Shown: positions 34,134-45,693, counted from the first letter of the whole stretch. The stretch is 62,838 bases of DNA, filler included, from Stramenopiles sp. TOSAG23-3 (GCA_900128585.1; 10 parts of 10 records of this genome joined end to end with filler, not necessarily neighbours in it), one strand, 5' to 3'. Numbers and translations: made by a program. The notes: generated by a model not told the origin, from the letters alone.

Positions 34134-37109
34134 CTAGAAAGACTGTTCACCCCCAGGCGTTCCGCCCCTCCTCAAATATTGTTCGTAATGGGCTTTCGTA
34201 TAACCATGCTGGCTAGCCACTTCTTCCCCGTGCTGTTCGTAAAATCTAGCCCACTGCTCTGCTGCTGCATCGTTTCGATTTACTTTCTTTTTCGCAGGTT
34301 CCTTCTTCTCCGGCTCGCTAGACTTCTGTTTTTCTGCATTTACATCATTGCCCGCCTCCTCTCTCTCGCGTTCTGCTTCATCCGAAACGTCACGCGAAAG
34401 AAAAATGTCATCCAGTCCAGCGGCAGACTCTTCTTCTTGTTGCTTAATTTTTTTCTCAAACTTTTCCCGCGTTTCTGCCGTTCTGCTCTGTTTGCTCTTT
34501 TTTTGCTGAGCGTCCCAGTCTTCTTGCAAAGAATTCAACTGTTCGTTCAAATCTTGCTGCTTTGGCTGCTGCTCTTTTGCTTTCGTTGCGGCCCGGTTAA
34601 TGTCCACCTGGTGGTGCAGTTCGTCACTTTCTGCCTTTAGCAGTTTGATTAAGCCTTGCTTCTCATTCTCTAGCTTTACATTGGATTTTTCTTGGCTCGC
34701 TTCATGATCCACGTGATGGTGCAGTTCGTCACTTTCTGCCTTAAGCAGTTTAATTAAACCTCGCTTCTCAGTCTCCAACTGTGCAGTAGCTTTTTCTTGG
34801 CTTGCCTCATGCTCCATGTGATGGTGCAACTCTTCACTCTCCGCCTTTAACAATTTGATTAAGCCTTCTTTTTCACTCTGTAGTTTCTTGTTTTCTTCGA
34901 CCATACGTTTATTCTCCTCCACTAATACTTGTTTTTCTTCGTATATCTTTTGAGCCGTTTCCCCAAAATTCTGCAGCTTCAATCTCAGTTCGTCGCTTTC
35001 TTTTGCCTTCTCTTCTACGCTCTGGGACAAGTCCCCCTGGGTTTTCGTCATACCTTCTAGTTTGAGGACGTACTCTTGGTTTTGCTTCTCTATCTCACTC
35101 AGGCGAGATTGCAGCGATGAGACTGCAGAGGTCTTTCTAGCCTCTACCTCAGATTTTTCCTTTGAATGCAGATCCGTCATTTCCCCAATTTCGCTTTCTA
35201 AACGTGCGTGCTTCGCTTCCAACTCTTTTTGCTGTTCGCTGTGTTTTTGCTTCAGCTGTGCCAGGGTCTCTTTGGAGGAGAGCTTCACCCTGTCTAATTC
35301 ACCCTGCAGTTGGTCTATCTTGCTCGTGTCCTTACTTGCGGCTGCAGAGGCATCTACTTGGTTCTTCAAAGATGTTGCCTCATTTATGTGAGTTTTGAGA
35401 ATTTCGGCTTTCTCCACACCCCACGCCACCCTGCTAGATTCTTGTGATTGCATCATGCTGTCTTTTTCCTTTTCCCAGGCCAATCTTACCGCCTCCTGCC
35501 GTTTCGCCAAGTTATCCTTCTCTTTTTTCCAGGCCAGAGCTTTCTCGTCAAGGGATGCCTTTAAGTCGTCCTTCTCCGATTGTAACTTGTCAATCATTTC
35601 CTGGAAATTTCCACTCGTTTTCTTGAGGAGTTCGTTTTTCTCCTTCTGCTCAGACTGCAACTCGTTTCGCAATTCTTCCATAGTTTGGTTCGCAGATTTA
35701 AGTTTTCCCTTCAGCTTGTCAATAAGGTTTTGTTGCTGCTGCCGTTCTGCCAAGATATCGGCCATTTTCTTCTTCTCAGCGGCCTGGCCTTGCTTACTTT
35801 TCCTCAACTGTTCAGTCGCATTCTTTACGCGCAGCTGGGCGTCTGCCTTGGTTTTCTTTTCGTTTTCTAATTTCTTTTGCATGTCTTTGTTTCGCTCAGT
35901 CAATTTCTTAACATCAGACAGCACTTTATCAGCCTTTGCCTTGAATTCCTCTGCTTCTTCTTTTGCAGCAGCATGGAAGTGCGTTTCTTTTGCCAGTGCA
36001 CCATTCAAGTCTTCCACGGTCTTCGATAATTCATTGATCACCTTGGTGTTGTCCGCCACATGGATTTGAAGCGTCTCTTCGTCTTTTTGCCTTGCCACCA
36101 GCAGGCGCTTTGACGTCGCCAACTCTTCCCTCAAGGCGCTGCAGTCCATCTCCAGCTTCGTATTGGAATTGCGCATAGCTACCAGCTTCTGTGTTTCCGC
36201 CGAAAGTTCCGACTTTTTTTGGTTCACTTCGTCCCTCAACGCTTGCAACTCCGACTGCGTTTGACCAAGCGTCAACTCCAGCTCCTCCTCATGCCCCCTT
36301 TCCGTTTTTATTTCATTGGACTTTTCCTCTACGCTTTGCCGAAGTTCCTTGATGCTGTTTTCTAGGGCACTAATCGTTTCATTGCGCGCCTCGTCGGATT
36401 TTTTCCACTCGCCACATTGCTTCTTCAACACTTTTATTTCCGCCTCCAGCTCTTCACACGCAAGTTTTATCGCGGCTTTCTCTTGCTTCAGCTCTTTTAT
36501 TTCGTCGATATGACTTTTCCACTTGTGCGAGTCAGCTTTGTTCGAAGGAGTCGAGGATCGCCTCTCCTCCAGCCGCTTTTGGGCTTCTTCGTAAAGGTGT
36601 TGCAAGTTCTTGTCCTGGAATTTCTTTACAGACTCTCGTCGCAAAGGCGACGATTTGGTCGGGCTCGCAGCGCCCTTTTGAGAGGAGGCGCGTCTCTCGC
36701 GGGATAGGGTACTTTCTCTTCGCTTTTGCAATATCGAACGTTTTCCCTCGATGAACGCATGGGCATACGCGCCGCTAAGTGCCAGCTTGCACCTGGACGG
36801 CCTCACGAATATTCCACAGCTAGGTTTTGCGTCAAAGTATTGGACACCTTCGACAGTCCCGTCGTTTTTCCCGACCGCCGAGTCCAAATTGACGCCGACC
36901 CACACTCCTTCCGCAAACGACACAACGCCAACGAACGCGACTGTTCCACAATCAATCCACTGCGAGTAGGGCAAGTCCACTCGTTTTCCAAGAAGAACGT
37001 TGTAGTGCTCTTGGATACCATCAGAAGGGTCAGCAGCAGTGGTAGATGCCCCAAGATTTCGGCTCTTTGGGCCCGCGCTGCCCCGTCTCCTCGTTGTTGA
37101 CTTCGCCAT
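34134..37109 (-). CDS. CAP-Gly domain coiled-coil protein
   Basis: CAP-Gly 'GTVAFVG...EGVWVGVNLD..GKNDGTVEGVQYF....GIFVRP' followed by a long heptad coiled coil. Confidence 0.88.
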   Translation of the reverse strand: MAKSTTRRRGSAGPKSRNLGASTTAADPSDGIQEHYNVLLGKRVDLPYSQWIDCGTVAFVGVVSFAEGVWVGVNLDSAVGKNDGTVEGVQYFDAKPSCGIFVRPSRCKLALSGAYAHAFIEGKRSILQKRRESTLSRERRASSQKGAASPTKSSPLRRESVKKFQDKNLQHLYEEAQKRLEERRSSTPSNKADSHKWKSHIDEIKELKQEKAAIKLACEELEAEIKVLKKQCGEWKKSDEARNETISALENSIKELRQSVEEKSNEIKTERGHEEELELTLGQTQSELQALRDEVNQKKSELSAETQKLVAMRNSNTKLEMDCSALREELATSKRLLVARQKDEETLQIHVADNTKVINELSKTVEDLNGALAKETHFHAAAKEEAEEFKAKADKVLSDVKKLTERNKDMQKKLENEKKTKADAQLRVKNATEQLRKSKQGQAAEKKKMADILAERQQQQNLIDKLKGKLKSANQTMEELRNELQSEQKEKNELLKKTSGNFQEMIDKLQSEKDDLKASLDEKALAWKKEKDNLAKRQEAVRLAWEKEKDSMMQSQESSRVAWGVEKAEILKTHINEATSLKNQVDASAAASKDTSKIDQLQGELDRVKLSSKETLAQLKQKHSEQQKELEAKHARLESEIGEMTDLHSKEKSEVEARKTSAVSSLQSRLSEIEKQNQEYVLKLEGMTKTQGDLSQSVEEKAKESDELRLKLQNFGETAQKIYEEKQVLVEENKRMVEENKKLQSEKEGLIKLLKAESEELHHHMEHEASQEKATAQLETEKRGLIKLLKAESDELHHHVDHEASQEKSNVKLENEKQGLIKLLKAESDELHHQVDINRAATKAKEQQPKQQDLNEQLNSLQEDWDAQQKKSKQSRTAETREKFEKKIKQQEEESAAGLDDIFLSRDVSDEAEREREEAGNDVNAEKQKSSEPEKKEPAKKKVNRNDAAAEQWARFYEQHGEEVASQHGYTKAHYEQYLRRGGTPGGEQSF

Positions 37110-37962
37110 TCGACCTAACCTCCTTGTTGCAAGGATAGATTAGTCTTTAATAAGAAAAAGATTTCCAAGAATACAGCGGCGTTTCTTCTGCTTATCTTCA
37201 ATGTCTACGTAATCTCGCCAGTTAAATATCTGCTTTCTATTCAATCTTGGTGATCTTTACATAGATCACAATTGGCTTATAGTAGGAATGTAACTGAATT
37301 GACAATTAAAAGATTGCTTTTTTTATTGCTACTGTGTTTTGTTCGAAACCGTATTATTATTATTATTATTATTATATATAAATAATAATAGTCGTCGTAT
37401 AATAATAATACAAAATCTTTTTTTTTGTTTGAGTACGAGTACGAGGTAAAAGATATAGAGAGCTGACAGCTGACAACGAACGTTTGCTGAACACGCATTC
37501 ATAGGAAATACCGAACCACTTTATAAGTATAAACTATTGTATTGTGNNNNNNNNNNNNNNNNNNNNNNNNNNNNNNNNNNNNNNNNNNNNTTAATTAATT
37601 AANNNNNNNNNNNNNNNNNNNNNNNNNNNNNNNNNNNNNNNNNNNNGGGGGGGGCGCTACAAGCTTCGTTTTTTTGTTTTGATAGGTAGGGCTTCGAGGG
37701 AGAGTATAGACTATGATTCTTCAGCTATAATTAAACAGCAGCTGTAGGCATCAATTTTGGATTGGAGGGAGTATTTTCTAGTGAAGAATGTGAATCCATG
37801 GCTTCTTCGTTCGACGATGCTCCCGTAGCGTAAACGTTTCCAAACACACGCAGGCAGTTTCATTCATCAATTAACCAAAGAGTAACTTTGTAGTGTGTGG
37901 CAAAGGTGTGAATTATCACTGATTTGAGGCGCTTCATTTGTACGCAAAACGTATTGCGCAAT

Positions 37963-39969
37963 ATGAAGCTTTTCTTGCCCGTTGCAATCCTGTTCACGGT
38001 GGCTCTGGTCACGGAAGCGAAGCAAGACCTGGTGTCGTATCACCTAGAAGATGCCGGCCTGGAAGTAGACTCCCCGTGTGCGAAGAGCCGCACGTGCTTG
38101 AAAAACAAATGCCAGTACATGAACGTAGGCAAGCTAGTCGGCGCGCAAGAGAAAGAAGAGGTGAAAGGCAAAGTAGAGGCGGAGACTGCGGCAGCCTTTG
38201 GGCGCCTCAAGAAGGAGGGGGACGGGACCGTCGCCGACGACACCTGCTCCGTGTGGGGCAAGACAGAGAACGGGGGGCGGGATGTGAAGGCCCCGAAAGC
38301 GTTCAGCACAGTTCATCCGTGGCACACCAACAACTTCGTGTTCGGGGACTCGTGCAGCCCAGTGACGAAGATGAGCGACGCGCGGGGGATAGAGTTTGAA
38401 GTCAACCAGCTAGAAATGCAGGGACGGTACAAGATTATTGGCCTGGGCCGCAAGACCAAGGACCCGAGGGGGGCGAACCCGAAAAACAACCCAGAAGTGG
38501 GCGTTATTAGTTACGGGGTGTACTTCCAAGAGTGCAAGAAGTGCCACGACAGTGATACAGCAATCATGAGCATCTACGACCGCAACTACGACGCCTCTGC
38601 CGTCGCCAGCGCCGTGTCGTCCTTGGCGACCGCTGCCAAGACAGGGGACGCGGACAAAATCAAAACTGCGAACGAGGCGGCAGCAATGCAGCTGGGGGGG
38701 GAAGAGGCGCAAATGGACGGCCTGTTTCAGTACCAACAGCATTTCACACATGAGCACCACCACCGCATTAGGAACTGCTACCACCACTGGCACCGTCGGC
38801 ACTACCGGTGCGACCACGATTGGAATACGAAGCGCTCGCTGCCGGTATGGGATTACTGCGGGAAAGCGGAGTACCATGAGCGGTACGAGGCGAAGCGCAC
38901 GTTCTGTGGTAGGGTCTTCAACGGAGACCAAATCGCCGTGCGGCTGAACGCGGACACGGACAAGTTTGAAGTCTTCGTAAATAGCAAACTTCGGTACCGT
39001 TCCCCCCGAAAGGTTGTTTACCCCGCAGACGGTTACATTGCCGCTGCGTCGTTCGCCACCCCGGACGGCGAGTTCATCAACACCGAGTGGTCTGGGGGGG
39101 AAACCAAGGTAACCTTGGACGCCGACAGAGACAAACCGACGTGCTACCCGCGCGTCATCGGCAGCGACGGCGATGGAATGGACAATAGGCACACGCTGAC
39201 GACAGAAAAAGGTGGCGTTGGTCTTGGCATGGATCGCTGCAAGATTGCGACTCACCTGACCACTCGAACGACCACCTCCGATCTCCTTAGTAAACTCCAG
39301 GCGAAATTCACCTCGTCCGAATCGCAACGGGCAATTTCGAACGTCCGAGCGGGGCTCGACAACTACGATTACTACCGAACGGTAGATGGCAAGCTTTTTT
39401 GCAAAATTTTCAATAAGGTGTCCCAGTTTAACCTGATCGGGTCCAGTAACTCGTGGGCCAAGCAGCTGGCGAAGAACGGGGTATCAAAGGTACAATGGAA
39501 GGCCACTGGGAAACCAGCGTGCACCCCGGATTTTGCAGACTTCGCCCCCGTTCCCAATGGCGCGGAAGGAGTCACGAACGGCGTGGAAATTGGGGAGGAA
39601 AGGTTCTGGGAGCGTTACAACAACGGTTACTTGAGCGATAAAATGAAGTTCTACGCCAAGGGGAAAGACGGGGTCGCCTGGCCAAGAGAGAAGCTAAGCT
39701 TCTCGGTCAAGCCAAACGGTGCCAACTCCAAATTTCTTGCGCATTACAAATGCAAGGACGGCAACGACCTGTGCGAATGCGGGAACCAATTCCGGGTTGT
39801 CGCCAATTTAGCGGGAAAGAACGTGACAGAGTACAACGTTATCATCAATAGTAATTCGGTCACGTACTGTGACTGCAATGGTGTGGGAAATTGTGGCGTG
39901 CGCTACGACTGCTCGGGCAGGCGGCGTAGGTTGTTGACGACCAAGTCGATGCGATCGGGCCAGTGCTAA
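37963..39969 (+). CDS. Secreted Cys-rich hypothetical protein with a His-rich segment
   Basis: Signal peptide MKLFLPVAILFTVALVTEA, many Cys, 'HFTHEHHHRIRNCYHHWHRRHY' and a C-terminal RRRRLL. Confidence 0.78.
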   Translation: MKLFLPVAILFTVALVTEAKQDLVSYHLEDAGLEVDSPCAKSRTCLKNKCQYMNVGKLVGAQEKEEVKGKVEAETAAAFGRLKKEGDGTVADDTCSVWGKTENGGRDVKAPKAFSTVHPWHTNNFVFGDSCSPVTKMSDARGIEFEVNQLEMQGRYKIIGLGRKTKDPRGANPKNNPEVGVISYGVYFQECKKCHDSDTAIMSIYDRNYDASAVASAVSSLATAAKTGDADKIKTANEAAAMQLGGEEAQMDGLFQYQQHFTHEHHHRIRNCYHHWHRRHYRCDHDWNTKRSLPVWDYCGKAEYHERYEAKRTFCGRVFNGDQIAVRLNADTDKFEVFVNSKLRYRSPRKVVYPADGYIAAASFATPDGEFINTEWSGGETKVTLDADRDKPTCYPRVIGSDGDGMDNRHTLTTEKGGVGLGMDRCKIATHLTTRTTTSDLLSKLQAKFTSSESQRAISNVRAGLDNYDYYRTVDGKLFCKIFNKVSQFNLIGSSNSWAKQLAKNGVSKVQWKATGKPACTPDFADFAPVPNGAEGVTNGVEIGEERFWERYNNGYLSDKMKFYAKGKDGVAWPREKLSFSVKPNGANSKFLAHYKCKDGNDLCECGNQFRVVANLAGKNVTEYNVIINSNSVTYCDCNGVGNCGVRYDCSGRRRRLLTTKSMRSGQC

Positions 39970-40261
39970 AGTCGTAGAGGGCGAAGGAGAGTCTTCTTTT
40001 GGTTTTGAGAAATTATTGTGTATATATATAAATTATGATATCATACGAGGATTTACCTATTTTTAAAATAAATATAAAAAATTGCACGCGTGCAACAAAA
40101 TATTATTACGTAGTGTTACCCGTACGCGCCTGGGCCCAATACTCAACGCGCGCGTGGGGGGAAAAATTTCTTCGTCCTCCACCGGTCGCCTTTTTTTCCA
40201 AAAAAATAAAAAACGGCCAAAACCGAAATGTTGTCGTGGTAGGCTTTTCGGTGCCGCCGCT

Positions 40262-40648
40262 TTAGATAAGCAACTGTTCGATCTTGATCTTCAACTTTTT
40301 AATTTGATCGGCCAATTGAGACTGGTCGTTGGTTGTTACAGAGCAAGATATTACTGAGCGGGACACGCCGCATGCACGACCAAGGGCAACCTTGGAAGGG
40401 ACAAATACGTACGGGACATTTTTATCTTCGCACAGCAAGGGCAAGTGCAAAACGATTTCAAGTGGCTCCGTGTCGGCTGCCATAACAATAAACTCACTGA
40501 TCCCTCGGTTAAGGGTCTTTGTGGCTTCGTTGGCCCCCTTTTTCAACTGTTTGAAGTTGGATGCTTGCTGAACCAGGTCAAGGATTGTGGTCGACAAGCT
40601 TTGGTCGGCCAAAGGGTAGGCTTTCTTGTTCACTGCTGAAGAAGACAT
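40262..40648 (-). CDS. SNU13: SNU13/NHP2L1 (15.5K) box C/D and U4 snRNP protein
   Basis: 'KAYPLAD', '[16 protein letters not shown]' and '[30 protein letters not shown]' in a 128-aa protein. Confidence 0.96.
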   Translation of the reverse strand: MSSSAVNKKAYPLADQSLSTTILDLVQQASNFKQLKKGANEATKTLNRGISEFIVMAADTEPLEIVLHLPLLCEDKNVPYVFVPSKVALGRACGVSRSVISCSVTTNDQSQLADQIKKLKIKIEQLLI

Positions 40649-41589
40649 TGTGTATTTTAAATGTTGTAGTGCCGGAGCTAAGTCGTTTTGTTCCGTTGTG
40701 TGCAAATCGGCTGATAAACAAAACCCACGTGCTCGATTAAAATCGGTATGTAAATTAAAGCAGAAGTTGAAATGAAAATTGACTGGCGTTTGCGTTTGGT
40801 TGTTTGCTTACGGAACGGTAAATCCTACTTCCTGAATGTTTTTTTCATTTCGAAAGACATTGCAATGTGTACCGTTCGTGGTGCAGGAAAGATTCAGAAT
40901 CGTTTCTTCTTCTTCCTCCATTAATTCGATCGTTGAATAACGTAGTACGTTGTTATATGGTGTATTAATTTTTTTAATATTAATTATTTATAATACGTCG
41001 TGTACCGTACATTCATCATTCATCTCTCTCCTTCTTTTTTTGGTGTTGGTTGGTGGCTGGTGGATATGATGCATTTTGATACCATCTTGTTTTAATATAT
41101 AGTCTAATTACCTATGTAATAACTATGAATAAAGAAGAAGAAGAAACTCTTTCTTCATTCGCATATTTTTTATTGAGTTACTCTGCCTATATATCTATAT
41201 ATTATAACTATGCTATGTAGTAATCTAAATAACATTAATGATACAAACTACTTTGTATACTTAAACTCTTTCTTTCACATCCGTTTGCTATGCTATTCCT
41301 ATATATATAAAAACATATGTGTGCATTATGCTATACAATTTAATTCCAAAACCTATTAAATTATAAACACTATGGAATTATATAGTTATACGTTGTATAT
41401 TATTATCTATTTATACTCCATACTTCCTTATTTTTATAAACAGTACATCACTTTACTAATTATAAATATTGATATAACATTGAATAGCATCGAATATATG
41501 AAATGGTTGGTTTAAATGAATCGAGGAGGAATCCGACATCATTGAATCACCACAATATTAACCCTATAGTTATAACTATCCCATCATAT

Positions 41590-41760
41590 TCTTTCTTTCT
41601 TTCTTTGCTCTTTTATTCTTATTCTTCTACTCTTTTCTTTCTTCCCATTCTTCTTCTTCTTTCGTTTCTTCTTCTTTCTTCTTCTTCTTTCGTTTCTTCT
41701 TCTTCTTTCTTCTTTTCTTCCCCTTCTTTTCTTCTCTTTGCGCTTCTTTCTTCTTCTTCG
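41590..41760. repeat. TTC-rich polypyrimidine tract in the SNU13/DBP3 divergent spacer
   Basis: Read directly from the sequence. Confidence 0.85.
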
Positions 41761-42127
41761 CTAACTTGGTACCGTACCGTACTGTTACGTACTAATAAAA
41801 AATAATAAACCAAACACAGTGGTCTAATAAAAAATACAACACATGATGGGGAGAGGAAGAAGAGAAGAAAAAGAAAAGAAAGAAAATATTATGGTGGTGT
41901 GTTGAATTTATTTCAAAAGTAGTCACCCTGTGGAGTCGGACTTTCTCCTCTCTAATTAAGCGAAAGTGGGAAGCATTTGAAAGAAGTGAGGATTGCCTAA
42001 GAAAGAAAGACAAAATATTAAACCAGTTTTTTTCTTATTCGATATAATATTATATAAGTCGTAGAAACGAGCGTACCTACCGCACCGATATTCACAGCTA
42101 CCCATTGCAATATATATCAACTTCAAT

Positions 42128-43800
42128 ATGCCAAAACGTTCCGGTGCAGACATTTTTGCGAGCTCCGACAGTGACGCCAAACGGGCGAGGAGAGACATGA
42201 AATTCTGGAAGAAACAGGTGAAGCGTGCCCTGAAGGAGCACTTGGGGTCGTCTCCGTTAAAACTGAAAAAGATGCGCAAGGGCATCGTAAAGGCGTATAG
42301 GGAAAAGAACCCAGGAGTACTGTCGAAAGAGAACGCGAAGAAATCTTTCTCCGAAGCGCTGAGCAAGTTCGATTTTGTATCTGTCGAGGGCAAGTACGTG
42401 AAATTTTCAAAGTCAGGCAAAGAGGTTAAAAGCAACGAATCGGAAGAGAGCAAATCGTCTGCACCACCCAGTATGGTGGCAGTCCCAAACAAGGTCATGG
42501 CTGCGAAAGCGTCCGTGCAGGTCGAAAAGTACCGCAAGGACAACGAAATGGCGGTTGAAGGGGAAGGCGCAGAGGACGCAAAGTACGAGCCGTGGCAACA
42601 GTTCGACAGTGCCCGGGAAAAATTCGGGAAGGATGTTGTTGACAGCGTCTGCAAAGGATTTGTAACGCCCACCCCAATTCAGGCACAGTCTTGGCCTATA
42701 TTGAATGACGGCCGCGATATCATCGGTATTGCGGAAACGGGCTCGGGGAAGACCCTGGGGTTCCTGCTTCCTGCCGTTGCGAAAATGATGGAAAAGAAAG
42801 CCCAGCGCAACAAAAGCCCGAGCATTTTGGTCGTTGCACCAACCCGTGAGCTCGCGATGCAAACCAGCGTTGTGGCAAAAGAAATGCCGGTTACTTCCGT
42901 GTGCATTTATGGTGGTGTGCCCAAATACGAACAGCGTAGGGCGCTGCGCGATGGTGTAAATATTGTAGTCGGGACCCCGGGGCGCCTGCTGGACTTGGCA
43001 GAAAACGAGAAAGTGCTTGATTTGTCCCAAGTCATGTTCTTAATTTTAGACGAAGCGGATAGAATGCTGGACCAAGGCTTCGAAAAAGACATGCGCCGCC
43101 TGATTGCACTCTGCGCTTCAAATCGACAGACGGCCCTGTTTAGTGCCACCTGGCCCGAAAGCATTCAAAAATTGGCGAGGGAATTCATGACCAACCCCAT
43201 CCACGTCTGCATCGGGTCGAGAGACCTGTCGGCCAACAGGCGAGTGTCGCAAAAGGTCGAGGTGGTGGAAGCCCGGGAGAAAGAGACGCGGCTGCACACC
43301 CTGCTGCAGAAGTACCACAAGACGCGAAAGAATCGGGTCCTCGTGTTTGCGCTTTACAAGAAAGAAGCCGAGCGACTGGAGGCCACGCTGAACAGGAAGG
43401 GTTGGAATTGCATAGCTATCCATGGGAAAGTGGCCGCGTCCCTCTTCTGATAGCCACGGACGTTGCGGCACGAGGCCTCGATATTCCCAACGTAGAGTGT
43501 GTCATCAACTGCTCCTTTCCGTTGACGATTGAGGACTACATCCATAGAATAGGACGTACTGGGCGAGCAGGTAAAAAAGGAATTTCGCATACGTTCTTTA
43601 CTACATTTGACAAGGCAAGAAGCGGCGAGCTGGTTAACGTGCTCCGCGAGGCGGGCCAACCCGTCCCGCCCGAGCTCATGAAGTTTGGGTGCACGGTGAA
43701 AAGAAAAGAGCATTCAAATTATGGAAGATTCGGCCCGAAAGAAGACTTGGTCGGTTTGAAAGCAACAAAAAGGACGTTTTCGGACTCCGACTCGGATTAA
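42128..43800 (+). CDS. DBP3: DEAD-box RNA helicase, DBP3-like, with an internal deletion and frameshift at ~43428
   Basis: Q motif [30 protein letters not shown] and '[10 protein letters not shown]' (DBP3-typical). [10 protein letters not shown] and [12 protein letters not shown] follow in a second frame. Confidence 0.85.
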
Positions 43801-43896
43801 TTTTCGGGGGAAGAAATAACATATGTAATTAGTGTACAAAATGTTTTAAGTTTAGCTTTTGATGTGTGTGTGTACATGTGTCATAATAATTTGATA

Positions 43897-43929
43897 NNNN
43901 NNNNNNNNNNNNNNNNNNNNNNNNNNNNN
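43897..43929. other. Intra-scaffold gap (33 N, no linker core)
   Basis: Plain N run, unlike the 100-bp linkers. Confidence 0.9.
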
Positions 43930-44924
43930 GATCATTATTTCATTGAGCAGTACCACAGACAACGAGCCCCTTTAAAACATTTATGCTGCCGCTGTGTACT
44001 TTTAAGACCAATCAATTGGAATCTTGACCAGAACTGGGGGGGGGGTTGCAATAGGAGAAGATATTGTTCTTGAACTGACACCTTCTTTTTTCTTTAATTT
44101 AATAACAACTATCATATAAAATAACAGCCAATTTTCTTGTTTTTATCATAACACCTTAATTTTGGGTGACAATTTAGGTATATATAATAAAAAATGAAGC
44201 AATATAAAATAGAGGAATAAATCGATCAAAAAACTAAACAAAATACATAGGGATACTGTTAACGAACATAGGGATACGCTGAGACAAAAACCATGATGAA
44301 ATAAATGCGTTTGATCGTGTTTGTTTTAGTGAGAATTATTGTGGTTGGAACTCTTTTTCATAGGGCAGTATTGTAGTCTATAATCAGAGTAAATCGTGTA
44401 TTTTGTTAGAGTATAAATTTTGTATTGTTTCGTCTATCTCACATTTCATGTCAATGCTGTATCTATGTATGCAAAGATGGAAAAGAACAAAATAAGAAAA
44501 GAAACCCTTCTCACTTTTGGTTAAAATAAAAACAATATTTTAAACCACTGGAAAGGAACAGTATTCCAATGTGGCAACAAATGGAGGGAGCGAGACATTT
44601 TCAGGTTATAATTAAGATGTACAAAGTTTGTGAACTGGAAGCATAAAGAGATAAGAAAGACATACATACATATATATTCATTTTGGTTTGACGTTTGAAA
44701 GTGAGAAACTGGGTATTTGTGAAATGCAAACCATCACAATCAATGTTGCTCATTATTTAAAGTTAATGAAAGACAACGAGAAAGAGTTAAGCGACTACCA
44801 CAGTTTTCTTCACTTTACGAAGAAGAACAGAAGCCGTACGATGACCTTACAAGGTGAAGAACACAACCTGCAGCGGAGGGAAGAAACTACTGGACAAGCT
44901 GAACGCTGAGAGGGTGGCTCTGAG

Positions 44925-45653
44925 ATGCTTCTTCTTGGTTGCATTATGAAGGGATTCAATCCGCTGCGCAGCTATGGTGGTAACCTATATAAACAATTCA
45001 TACGGGCATTACCCAGAGGGGGACGAGAGGTAAGGCGGACAGGCGGGTCGTCTGGCGTGTGTAGAAAAGATAGGAATTTTCGGGCATTCCTGCACACCCA
45101 TGGTTGCTTCCCGCGCGTAAGTGGTGGAATCGTACTAGTGCCGATAATCCCGAGAGACAGAGACAATGCTACTACTTGGCGTTGCATATACATGTCGCCA
45201 TATAAACCATACCGTAGTGCATTTACAATGATTGATTATACACCACCAGTGCAGGGTGGAAAACTGAAACTGGAAAATCACCCCATTTTGTTGAAAGCGT
45301 TTCCAAAATTCGAAGAATTTTTTAGTTTGAAAAGACAAGTTGTGCAGCTGTTGCATAATGTCAATGCAACATTAAAGGTGCCCATAATTCCATCACAAAT
45401 TTCGCTTTTCTTAAATGGATTGAAGGGAAAGAACAATATCGAGGCGGTCAAAACTTGTACACACACATTGGTAACCCATCGAGTAGGTTATCATTATGAT
45501 GTATTTTCGAAGGGCAGCGATGGAATTGAAAATAAAGTCCTTGTGGAAGCGGAAGGAAAGGGGGGCAACAAAGATGGATCGTGCCCATCCTTAGGGCGAG
45601 GTGGAGGGGGGGGGCGGTGTATTTACCTTTGCAATACTGGAGTGATAAATTAG
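44925..45653 (+). CDS. Hypothetical ORF in the transposon-debris region, carrying an HxD motif
   Basis: 242-aa ATG-started ORF with 'VGYHYDVF...IENK...GRGGGGG'. It may be a gene fragment. Confidence 0.4.
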   Translation: MLLLGCIMKGFNPLRSYGGNLYKQFIRALPRGGREVRRTGGSSGVCRKDRNFRAFLHTHGCFPRVSGGIVLVPIIPRDRDNATTWRCIYMSPYKPYRSAFTMIDYTPPVQGGKLKLENHPILLKAFPKFEEFFSLKRQVVQLLHNVNATLKVPIIPSQISLFLNGLKGKNNIEAVKTCTHTLVTHRVGYHYDVFSKGSDGIENKVLVEAEGKGGNKDGSCPSLGRGGGGGRCIYLCNTGVIN

Positions 45654-45693
45654 ATAATTAAATTTAACTTTTATAATGAAGTTTAATCCTAAT

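Noticed and set aside
43427..43450. Programmed ribosomal frameshifting as the explanation for the split genes
   Set aside because: Conserved residues are physically absent in DBP3 and at the second TMC junction, and there is no shared slippery or AAA-stop site.
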